From Cenococcum geophilum (Eukaryota): a stretch of 64,000 bases of DNA. The stretch lies in NCBI GenBank assembly GCA_050273025.1, contig CP158635.1, forward strand, positions 11,284,001-11,348,000. Direction: 5' to 3'. The notes below the pieces were generated by a model. The model searched no databases. It saw only the letters and a program-made list of their open reading frames with translations, and was not told the origin of the DNA. A program made the translations under genes and the position numbers. Below, in pieces: positions 53,744-64,000 of this stretch. Positions within the stretch are counted from its first letter, which is position 1. Each line of letters opens with the position of its first letter.

Positions 53744-53970
53744 TATTAGCGACTTAGTCAATTAAGATATAAGCACGGCAAAAGGGTCGCGCAAGCCTAT
53801 ACGATTGGATTGTCTATAAACGAGAATCTAAAGCTAAAGAAAGGAAAGGAGAAGAAGGGGAGCGCCGCTCGAAGCTATATACAATCTTCGCGTCACGTGA
53901 CCGCAATATACGGCAATCTATAGCAACTTGCCAATATATAGTTCTACTAAGTTCTACTAGTACTATAACA
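53744..53970 (-). mobile_element. RIPed solo LTR, family A, 227 bp
   Basis: Reverse-complement homolog of 31153-31379 with a perfect TSD ATCGA. Confidence 0.9.
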
Positions 53971-54466
53971 ATCGATCTATTATATATAGCCTAGCCACCC
54001 TAATATAGCTACCCCTCGCTACTTAAATATAAGATTCTTTACTAACATAAATTCCTATAGGGCATTGCCACGATTTATAAGAAGTATAGGAAATCTCTAT
54101 AGGTCTTTATTTATAGTACCTTAATATTAATTATATTTCGGTTTAGCGTATCCTTTACAGCTAGTCGTTTTAATATATTAAACTCATCCGCCTAATCTAC
54201 CTAATCTACCTAATTTACCTAATTTACCTAATCTACCTAAGCCATCTAAGCCACCTAGTCCTTTTAATCCTTCTAGGTAGTAATACCTGCGCTTTCCTAT
54301 TGCGCCTCCCGCTAATTAATATGGATTTTAAGACAGCAGGATAGTACCACTAGGGAATAAGTCCTTTTTCCATTAATGCCTCTACGGCAAGGCGTACTTA
54401 GTAAGGCTCAATCCATTAAATACTAAAGAATTATAATAGATCGGCGAAGAATAACCAAGGTAGACC

Positions 54467-54681
54467 CAGTAATATCAGCGGGTAGGTTAGTTAGGTTACG
54501 AATTTTAGCCCTTAACTAAACTAACTAAGTTAGTAATTTAACTAGTTAAACCGGTTAAACCAATATAAAATTACTAAATTAAGTAAGTGCTAAGCCTATA
54601 TAAGCTAGTAAACTAATTAAGAATTTTAACCGGTTAGCCTTTTTTTATTAGTTTAACCTAACCTAACCACTAATATTACTA
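54467..54681. mobile_element. hAT-type MITE, 215 bp
   Basis: TIRs cagtaatatcagcgg / ccactaatattacta (RIPed), subterminal ggtta/taacc repeats and an 8-bp TSD ggtagacc/ggtagact. The empty site ggtaggcc is at 49919-49926. Confidence 0.9.
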
Positions 54682-54799
54682 GGTAGACTTTAGCGACTCT
54701 AAGCTAAAGTTAAATCGTACCCTACTGTCCTTAAGTTTTAAATTAATCTAATACTTCTTTTCTTCTACCCTAATTTTTATTTTATTTATTATATTTTAA

Positions 54800-55930
54800 A
54801 TAACCCCTAAGGCTCTAACGACCTTTCTTACCCTTATCTAATTTATCGTATAGGTTTTAGGTATAAGCTCCTCTAAAGAAAGATATTCTTTAATTTCCAT
54901 TCCACCTTTAATCTTAATTTCACCTTCTTTAACACCGAGTTTAGTGACCCCTTTCGCAACCGCTACCAATGGCAACAATATAAAACTCCACGTCATCACA
55001 ATTAGGAAGCTAACTTAGCAATTTATCCCAAACACTATAACGGCAAACGTAGGAGATATTATTTATTTCTAATTCTTCCCGCCTAACTATTCCGTGGTTC
55101 GCGCTAAGTATAAATATAAGTCTAAATCGTATTAGTTCCCTCTATACCTTCGTTACTAAACCAATGTAAAAAAGACCCGTATATTCCTTATAAGATAACG
55201 GGGCCGTAAAAAACTAGCTTCTTCTCTAGATTTTATCTAATAGACGTAGTATCCAACAAGGTAAAAGCATATTTTTTCTATTTTTAATATATCCGCTTTA
55301 TTCAATCGGTAATTTATATTTTAATAGCCGCCGTCATAAAACCTTACCATTAATAATACCGCGCCGATATTCTTCTACTGTTTAGCTTCCGGATCGTGCA
55401 TTTAATAAGGAATAGTAGGAGTAATAAATCCTATAAGGGGATAAATTATTTACTATTTCCCCCCCTCCTTTTTTACTTTATTATTATTACTATTGCTATT
55501 TTAAAAGCCGTATATATCTTATCTTAGATTAGCCTATTAAAAGTAGGTATAGAACAAGACCGAAACCATCGCCATATAGAGGGCATATGCTAAAAATTTA
55601 ACCTTTATACTAAACCCTGGCGAACCATTCCCAGCTAAAGCCTTAAGCATAGTCACCTTAACTTAGGCGCCTATATTAACCTCCCCATTAACCGCGATAA
55701 CTAGCAGCGCCTTATTATCTGCAACTTTAATTCCACCTTCACCTTCCTAAGACCTTTCCAGTGCAGCAGTAGCAGGAATAGTCGTTGGCGCTATAGTGGC
55801 ACTCACGCTCCTAAGCGCCTTATTCGTCTATATTAGCAGAAAAAGATCATCTAGTTTAGATAAGGGCGGCACTATAGTACTCCCTCACGAATTAGAAGCT
55901 TTATATCCAGCGTACCATAAAGCAAAAATA
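54800..55930 (+). pseudogene. Extracellular Ser/Thr-rich cupredoxin-like protein relic with a C-terminal TM helix
   Basis: HVITI.KL..QFIPNT.TANVGDII.F.FFPPN.SVVRA.Y...P.IPY...FFS.F...NLTIN.TAPIFFYC.A.GSCI..G.VGVINP, then LSSAAVAGIVVGAIVALTLL.ALF. Confidence 0.8.
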
Positions 55931-56144
55931 TAATAAAATATAATTTTTCAATTATAACTAGATCTTAAGTATTAAATTTGTAGTTAGGTAACTTAAATGC
56001 GTTTTATAGAGGAATAGAAAGGGAAAAAAACAATTTCCTTACGTCAATAGTAAGATAGAGAAGAAATTAGTCAATATAAAATAATTAAACAAGTCTATAT
56101 ACCTTAGGTACTTTCCTTTCTTCGCTATTTAACTTAAAATCAGC

Positions 56145-57850
56145 TATCTCAGTAACTAGCAGCCAGAAGTCTGGCTATACTTATAAGCGTATCTAGGTGC
56201 ACCAGGCCCTATACATTAATTCTCGTCTTTATCACCTCTATATTTAACTTTTAAGCCTCCTTCTTTCGTCCTTACTTATAGAATATAAATGCTAAATTAC
56301 TTATACTGCTAGCGGTATCTAAATAATCATTGCCAAAAATCTCTCTCTTTATCTTAACCACTTGTTTCTACAGCTCCTCCGCTTTTAGAAGTCGGTTCTT
56401 TATATAGTATTCAAAACTTAGCTCTTCTATACTTTTTAGAGTCTCGGGATGCTATAGGCCTAGAATTCTCTTTCTTATCTCTATTACTTAAGTTTCCAGC
56501 TTATCGGCTTCCGTTCGCCGTTTTTAATAATAATAGACTTCCGCTAAGACGGCCATTATACTTAATATCTGTAAATAGTATTAGCCTAATACCCTATTAC
56601 TAGTCTCTAGTAACTATAGTAATAGCTCTTTAGCATTAGTTAGCTGTTCCTACTTAACGTAGATATAAGCTAGGTAGATTTTGCTTTCTAAAGTATCCCT
56701 ATATTCCGGCCCTTTTAGTTTCCTAATTATCTCTACTAGCCGCACCTAGTACTTTTCAGCCTCTATAATTCGGCTAGTTTTAAAATATATCTCTACTAAA
56801 AGAGGAATAAGTTCTATCTTTTCTTTCACTCTATTATACTCCGCTATATCTTTTTTATAAACTCTATAATACTAACACTAACATACCTTTAGTAAGCAAG
56901 CTTTATATAACCAGTTAATACAACACCATAGCCGGACAATATTATCTCCGCTAGGCAACTTCCTAAAGCATATACAGCAGTGTTCTTTAGTGCCAATTCC
57001 AGCAACATCTTAGATAAGATACTTCTTAGGTATCTAGTTAAAATCGGAGGCCTTTATAGATATTAAAATAAGAGACGGCCCAAAAATAGATAAAAGGGCC
57101 TTAAAGAGAACACTTAAGCGTTAATAAAACTTAAGTATAAGAGTTATACGTTAGGGGTAAAGATATATTCAAATTAGCTAAATATAAAGCGAATTAATAG
57201 ATCCTTAGGGTTTAAAGCCTTTATAGGCGGCAGATACAATATATTAATAGTATCAATTTCGGCTATAGCCTAGCCGGGGTTAGCTCCCCGGTAAAGCTCG
57301 CGTACTACCTTAAGTATACCTAGCTCAACCAATACCGGGGATAATCTTATATTTAAACACGCAGGGCTCTTATAAATAAATTAGTAAACCTACCGCAGCA
57401 TTTATAAAATTTGGCAGTCTGTATTTTAAGGTTATAAGGATATAAAATGGCGAATAGAAGAAATTAAATAAATTAATCCAAGTATAGAAATAATATTTAT
57501 TTTAACTAGTCTAGCCATATAATATATCTGCAAATTTATCTCTTTATTCCCCTACGCTTTAGCCTAAAATCAGCTAGAGTTCTTTTTTTAGGTACTAGGA
57601 AGCTTTAATTCTACATTTTATTAGTATATACTATATTAAGAGGGTAAGTAAGGTATATAATATACTCTTTAGACGGCGGCTAAAAAAGCTTATCTCTAGA
57701 TAAATATAAGTAGTATCTCCCCCCATTATATACAAGAAGGTAGATATACGCATCGCTTATTTTTCCTAACTCGTCCGCCTTTTTAAAAAGTATTTCTCTC
57801 CGTCAGCGGATCGCCTCCCTACTAATACACTTATTCGAATCAGACAAGCG
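56145..57850 (-). pseudogene. TPR-repeat (kinesin-light-chain-like) protein relic
   Basis: About 42-aa repeats such as EA.KLE.QV.E.RKRILGL.HPETLKS.EEL and AEEL.KQVV.IKREIFGND..DTASS.SNLA at ~56150-56820. The N-terminal extent is uncertain. Confidence 0.75.
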
Positions 57851-58181
57851 AGTCCCTTCTCCCTAAGTCTCATTTTCTTCTATAGTCTCGCTGTTATTGC
57901 TAGCTTCTATTAGTTATATCTAATAAAGGGAGGTATTAAAGTAGTTAACACCTATCTTAAGTTAATAGTTATAGAGTGGTATTATAATGACTAAATATGT
58001 AATAGGCGATCATATTAATAGTAAAGTTGGTAAACCCTTTCCTATTTAGTAAATCCCTTAACTTTATACCTACCATTAAGGGTAACAATAAGGCACACAC
58101 TAATATTATTTAGCAAGCGGTATTAACACCTAGAAAACAAGTAATACACCTATAACTTTCCTTATATTAACAAGTATAAAA

Positions 58182-60600
58182 ATAGCAACAAATCTTATCG
58201 TAGGTCTTCTGCTTCTTCTCATCCCTTACTTCTTCTTAGATTATAATAGCGTTAAAGCAACGTTATCCGCGGCCATAATAATTATATAGGCTCCTAGGTG
58301 GCAAAATACTACTATAAAAAGAACGTCTTCGACGCTACCTAGCGACTTCACTACTTATTCTTCAGCACAGACCATAATCTAAGAAACTCAGACTAATAAG
58401 TTAACTTCCGAAGATGGCGTTCGCACTGTTATTAGCTCATTAGACAGTCCTATAGATTTTTAAAGCTCTTCCATCCTTTCTAAGAGCACTAGCCTCGTAG
58501 AGCCTTAAACCATCACAATCTCTTTTAATATTGGACCCCATTATTCTCGCATAAGCACTAGGATAAACTCAAGTTTAGTATCTACTACCTTACTATTAGC
58601 AGTAATAACAATTACAAATATATATAGACCTCTACTTTTAAAGAGCTATTTAGTCCTCTTTATAGCCACTAGTCTTATAGGGCCTTAGAGCAGTATTACA
58701 ATTTATATTAAGGTCGAATCTTAGCTTTCTCTTATAGGTACTAGGATAGATATAACTCTAACACCCACCAACCTTTAATAAACGGTAACAACTATAGCAA
58801 ATCTAAACGGATTATCACGTTTAGAAAGCTTTTCGATTATCTTAAAGGGCACTAGCTTTATCCTCTCTTAAAGCCTTAGTATAACTTATACTAAAGCCTT
58901 ATCCTAGCTCTCTCTTATAAGGACTAAAAATAACTTAACTTTAATATCTATTAATTCCACAGGGGCAACTATAACTACTACAGAAATTTTAAATGGTGTT
59001 TAAACTTTAAATAGTCTTCAGATTTCCTTAAAGAGTAATAGCCCTATAGAACCTTAAAGCGCTATTATAGCTTATACTAAAGCTAATCCCTAGATCTCTC
59101 TTATAAGCACCACAACAGATCTAACTTTAAGATCCGTTAACTCCCTAGGGACGGTTAAAACTATTACGCAACCCTCTAACGGACTATTATACTCTACGGT
59201 ACTACCGCTTATATCGGATTTAAGCCAGATATCTAGGTTAATATATACTTCTCTAAATTCCCTTAGTAAAGCTTCCTAGTCTACAAGTTTAATCCCAAGT
59301 TTAAATAGATATTCAAGCATTTTAACCACCCTTTCCAAATCCACACAGCTACTCTCTTTCCTATTAACACGGCCTACAAACAGGGAGGGCCTTATAATAG
59401 CTAGCAGTACTTTTACGTTCAGCTACACCGTATCTATCTTAAATTCTATAAACCACGCATCTATTTTAGTTCTCGCCAGTACCATAGCTATCTTAGTTTT
59501 AACTCGCAACACACCTATCTTAGTTCCTATTAGCACCAAAACTGTCTCAGTTTTTACCAGCACTATATTTATTTTAGCTTTTACCAGCACTATATCTACC
59601 TCAGTTCCCACTAGCACTATATCTATTTTAATTCCTACTAGCGTTATATCTTCCTTAGTTTCTAATAGCATTATATCTATTTTAATTCTTACCAGTACTA
59701 TATCCATTTTAGTTCTAACCAATACTATATCCATCTTAAATCCTATAAGCTCTACTATTAGACTTCTATATATATCTCTAGATCCTACAGCCTCTATTTC
59801 TACCTCTATCTCTTCTTTTTATATTATAAAAGTTATAGCTACTATATATACGCTTATACGGATAATTCCAACTTCCCTAATAACGCTATAGTCACTTAGA
59901 CGATTTTTAAGCGCTTTAGACGTCGCTCCTAGTTCCTTAATTTCCTTAAGTTCCGCAATTCCAGCTAAAGAAATAGCTACGGTTTTACTACTAGGTTTAA
60001 CTAGACAGGACTAGATAGACTAAAGCAGCACAACAAATTTTATACTAGCTACCTTAATAATAGATTTAGGGTCCTTAAGTACTAAGCTTCTTAGTATCTT
60101 TCCTATATTAACTTCGGAAATTGTTCTATTAAATATAGCTATAGGTAGAAGCTACTCTAAAGCTTAGACGAGCTCGCAGATCTTAGATAAACCTAATACG
60201 CTAATTACTTCTTTCCGTACTATTATTTCCTCTAATAACAAGTATTATACCGCTTCTACCACTACGCAAATATAAGTGCCAAATAACGGCACTCTATTTG
60301 GTAATTCTTTACAAAGTTATATAGTAAAGGCTAAAAGTATTAGGGTTAGTCTTAGTACAATCACTAGGATACTAGCCTTCGCAGCCGCGATTATATTACT
60401 ACTAAGGCAATATAGGCGGCGCTAACAGGGCATAATAAATATAAGAAGGCCAATTATTTCTCGCCCTTTTCCAATCTAGGGATACGTTTTAGCTCTACTA
60501 TTTAACACTATATAATATATACGGGAGTTTAGATATATTATTTATCGTTCTCTAATATATAAGCTAGCGTAAAGTACCAAAGTAAGTTAATAGTACTTCC
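58182..60600 (+). pseudogene. Ser/Thr-rich type-I membrane/cell-surface protein relic with an internal 27-bp repeat
   Basis: Signal peptide (M)ATNLIVGLLLLLIPYFF, a long S/T-rich frame, 9-aa repeats at ~59430-59740, and a TM segment I.V.L.TIT.ILAFAAAIILLL followed by RQYRRR near 60340-60422. Confidence 0.65.
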
Positions 60601-61471
60601 GTTTTAGTAAATAAGATTACGGCGGCTTATTTATAACATATTAATAGGCGCATCCCTTATAATAAGTTAGGTTATAGCGATAGATTAGTATTACTAAAGG
60701 CCCGGTTAACTTATCCATCAAATTTTAGGTAGCAACTACTTCTTAAAGTACTATATTTACGTTTATATTAGAGGCAGGTACCATCTTCTACTACTATATT
60801 CTAAGACTAACTTTCATAATATATAAATTACTACTCTCCCTAGTATTCTTTTTTCCGACCACTTTTAGGCTCTAGAACTATACATCGGATAGAATACCTA
60901 CTATGCTTATTACTGCAAATTAAGGGGGAGGGAATCCTATATAGAATTTTGGCCTACCACTTTACCAGGATTATAAGGTACCTTTTAATAACACCTAACC
61001 TTATTTTATAGCGGGAGGTAGAACTAGCATCTCTTATTTATATTTTTAAAATAATTTAGAAGCTAATAGTTATAAATTCTACGTTATATAGTTTAGTAGT
61101 TCCTTAACTAGCCTTTTCTCTATAAGTTATAGGAATAGCTATTAAATATAGAACTACTATACCTCTTACAGTCACTCCGCAAATCTTAAAATTATTTCCT
61201 CTTTCTTTAATTAACTGCTACGCACATAGCCATCTTTCTAATAGGACTGGCGCAATCAATTAATTTAACGCCTTAACTCCGCCGGAAAATCCATATATTA
61301 TTCTTATCAACTTAATAAGCTATAGTTCTACTATTAGTATATCCTCTTAATTATATAAAACAACCTCCCTTAAATAGTTTTATTATAAAATTCTCTCGTA
61401 AAACGTAATTGTATATTACTTATAATTTATATAGTCTTAATCTACAGCTATGGCAGAATTGCATACATAAA

Positions 61472-61705
61472 TGTATCGACCTAAATTAGGTTATCTTGTT
61501 ACTGACTTAGCTACCTCTATTGACTTAGTTATTAACTTAGTTATTGACTTAGTTACCTACCCCTTATTTCCATTGCTACCTCCCTCCCCCCTTCTTATTC
61601 TCATTTCCTATACCTTTCTTATATATATATAGAGGCTCTTAGAGCTATATTCAATAGACAGAGTCCTTATTCTTTTCTTATAATTGGTATACGGACATCC
61701 GATTA
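61472..61705 (+). mobile_element. Solo LTR, 234 bp (family C)
   Basis: Termini tgtatcg...ccgatta (CA>TA) with TSD ATAAA on both sides. Internal 12-bp repeats (gacttagttatt) and a TATA-rich core. Confidence 0.7.
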
Positions 61706-61711
61706 ATAAAA

Positions 61712-62010
61712 TGTTAAAATATCCGGGGACACCAAATTTAGTAATCGGAGGCTCTGCGATGCCCTTAGCTTTTTTAGGGTAGTAGTTAATATAGGGGATA
61801 AGGATGGTGTAGGGGGTGAGGATAATGTAGGGGATAGGGGTAGTATAGGGGGTGAGGATAATATAGGGGATAGGGGTGGTATAAGGGATAAAAGAAGTTT
61901 AGTCGTCATCTTAGTCACCTTTATCACCCTACTTAACCACCCTCTCCGCAATCATAGATACTTAGATAGCTAAGAATTTGTAGTTTATAGCCATACCGAT
62001 ATGTATTATC
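61712..62010 (+). mobile_element. Possible 5' LTR of the adjacent Gypsy fragment
   Basis: Starts tgttaaaatatcc, carries G-rich 18/36-bp repeats and directly precedes the chromodomain fragment. The 3' end is not resolved. Confidence 0.35.
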
Positions 62011-62059
62011 TTAGCTACTAATATCGCCTTAATTGGAGTTTTTTTACGCTCGTAATTTC

Positions 62060-62587
62060 TTCCCTAGTAGCCACCTCGTCCCCTTAGTTAGCTTATTTAA
62101 GCTTAATCTATACTCTTCGTGGCTGCAATAACCCTTATCCTAAAGTACCTACTCTAAGTGCAGATACCATATACTCCTAGAGGTAGTCTCTATAAGGCGT
62201 TTTAGCTAGGTTTAAAAACAAAAGGCATATCTATTATTGAGAGTAACTTCCTTAAAATTCAGAGTTCCCCTATCTTCTCCCCAAATCGACTACAAAAGGC
62301 CGCGGACAACCTATTATCTAGACAGTATAACGGCCCCCCCCCGCTAATCTAGATTATAGAGGACGAGGAATAGGAAGTTAAAGAAATCCTAGCAGTTAAA
62401 AAGGACCATAATGTCTTAAAATACTATACAAGCTAGGTAGGCCATGATAAAGACCTAGAATGGTATCCTGCATCTAATTTTAAGTATTCCCCCCATAAGC
62501 TACGGGATTTCCACTTAGCCTAACTAGACCTCCCCAAACTACCACGCAAACTAGAAAACTAGATTAAATGCTAGGAAGAAGGGTTGG
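62060..62587 (+). mobile_element. Gypsy/chromovirus integrase C-terminus plus chromodomain relic
   Basis: [21 protein letters not shown]...EDEE(W)EV.EILAVKK...LKY..S(W)VGHD.DLEWYPAS.FKYSPHKLRDFH. The fragment is cut off at 62587. Confidence 0.9.
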
Positions 62588-64000
62588 TGTATAATTACAG
62601 CACCTATTGTACCAAACGCGTGCTTACGCGTTCGGTACACTAGGTACGCGTTTACGCGTTCAGTGCACTAACCACTCGCTTACGCGTCTGGTGCACTTAT
62701 AAAGCACTAACTAATTAGGGGGGAGGTGCATTAGTATATAGACCACGTAGTCTGCTTTATATAATTAACAGTTACCATCTAAACAAGTATACAATACTAC
62801 ATGTATTTCGTGCCCGTGGATACGACTCACTTATGCTATTAAGTTAGTACAAACACTGATCAGTAAGCGCGCACAGATCAGCAATTACTTAACACCTCCC
62901 CCTAAGCGATACACACGACAGCGACCACCCGTTTAGACTCCTAGTACGACCTGCTAGAAGGTCGGAAGTTGGGGATTACGGACTTATCTCCAACTCTATA
63001 TACTTATTTAAGTCTTAGTACAGTTTACTAGAAGTTATAGACGCGAATATAGACCTATACAGAACCCCTATCCTTAACCCCCTTAAACCTTAAACCTCTT
63101 TAGACCTTTTACGGAAACTTCCTACCCTCCTACGAACTATTATGGACCCGTTAATTGATTTTACAGACTGTTATAAGACCTCCCCCACCCGTTATAAGCT
63201 GCTACTACCCGCTACGCACTATATTACACTATAGTATGGTAGATATTAGTAAGCAAGTCAGCGAAGGTTAAAAGAAGTGGAGATAAGGCGTTGACGTTAC
63301 GTCTATAAACGATGTTAACGACTATATTAGCTTTAAAATCCTTAAATATAAATACTTTAAGCTTATAAATAACGACCTGTGGGAGTAATATAAGGAAGAC
63401 TTTACGGACTTTACGGAAGCTATTTTTAAGGCTTACAACCCTACTGCCATCCGTAACCTACGAACCCTTTTATGTCACCAAGGCGTATAGGTTAAAAGGG
63501 ATAAACAAGTCACTGTTACACGGTCTCTATATAATATACTACGTAAGGAGGACCAAACGGAATAGATTAAAGAGCAGATCTTAGATTATATTAAAACCAG
63601 CGACCTCTTTACCTTCTTTAAACTTAATAGAATCTCTAGCCTTATAGCTAACCTATTTAACCGAATTCGTTCCACAAACCTAAGTGGCATTAGAATTAAT
63701 CTTACTGGCTAAAGTATACTTAATACTTAAGTTACGGACTATAATACCCCCGTAACCCAAATTACGGACCGTAATACCCCTATAAACCAAAATACGGACT
63801 AAATTACCCCTATTGTTTAAGTTATAGATCCGCAAGCCATATATCTATAAGCCACAGATCCGCAAGTTATAGATCCGCAATCTACCTAAGTAAAGACCTA
63901 CGGTAAGGAGCTAGCTAACCTAGCTAAGCTCTATACCGACGAATCTAAGTATAGTAGTAAAAACGATAACTTTAACTTTAAACTTACTATCTTTACGGAC
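62588..64000 (+). mobile_element. Nested LTR retrotransposon (Copia-like): 5' LTR, leader and gag start; runs off the window
   Basis: Starts TGTAT and interrupts the Gypsy frame. The LTR-like block runs to ~62900. A gag-like frame from ATG 63236 reads DLWE(Q)YKEDF.DFTE...LRTLL..QGV(W)V...GKELANLAKLYTDESKYS..NDNF.FKLTIF. Confidence 0.75.

Larger units (their letters stand above)
53274..54725 (+). repeat. Segmental duplication copy B, carrying three later insertions
   Basis: Colinear with 49175-49965 once two solo LTRs and a MITE are removed, apart from some indels. Confidence 0.9.

Noticed and set aside
59423..59734. 103-aa minus-strand ORF with DIVLV repeats
   Set aside because: It is the antisense shadow of the Ser/Thr-rich 27-bp repeats of the plus-strand surface-protein relic.
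61703..61951. 82-aa Pro/Ser-rich ORF
   Set aside because: It arises from G-rich tandem repeats in a probable LTR.
1..64000. Alternative genetic code (TAA/TAG read as Gln) to explain in-frame stops
   Set aside because: Stops also replace Trp codons, and Cys>Tyr and Met>Ile changes and degraded TSDs follow the same CpA>TpA pattern. RIP explains all of these.

Overview
Fungal (filamentous ascomycete-type) DNA that is almost entirely RIP-mutated: TpA is pervasive, CpA/TpG are scarce, and TAA/TAG stops sit where Gln/Trp codons are expected. Read by eye with RIP reversed, it is a dense graveyard of accessory genes rather than plain TE debris. These include a ferric reductase/NOX-like gene divergent from a MADS-box gene, and PD-(D/E)XK nuclease-like, HeLo-like, BTB, TPR, Bys1-like and cupredoxin relics plus secreted proteins. 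That content resembles the cargo of a Starship-type giant element, but I found no captain recombinase or element boundary in the window. Many TEs are layered on top: at least 8 solo LTRs, a hAT MITE, a Tc1/mariner MITE, a LINE fragment, a Gypsy chromodomain fragment and a nested Copia-like element. The one pristine element is a 1,660-bp non-autonomous LTR retroelement (40956-42615) with identical 202-bp LTRs and a perfect TSD. It has a Tf1-like self-priming signature instead of a tRNA PBS and six tandem stem-loops before the PPT, and it sits in the loop of an older inverted repeat. Protein family calls come from manual translation and recalled motifs, not database searches. Pseudogene boundaries are approximate.
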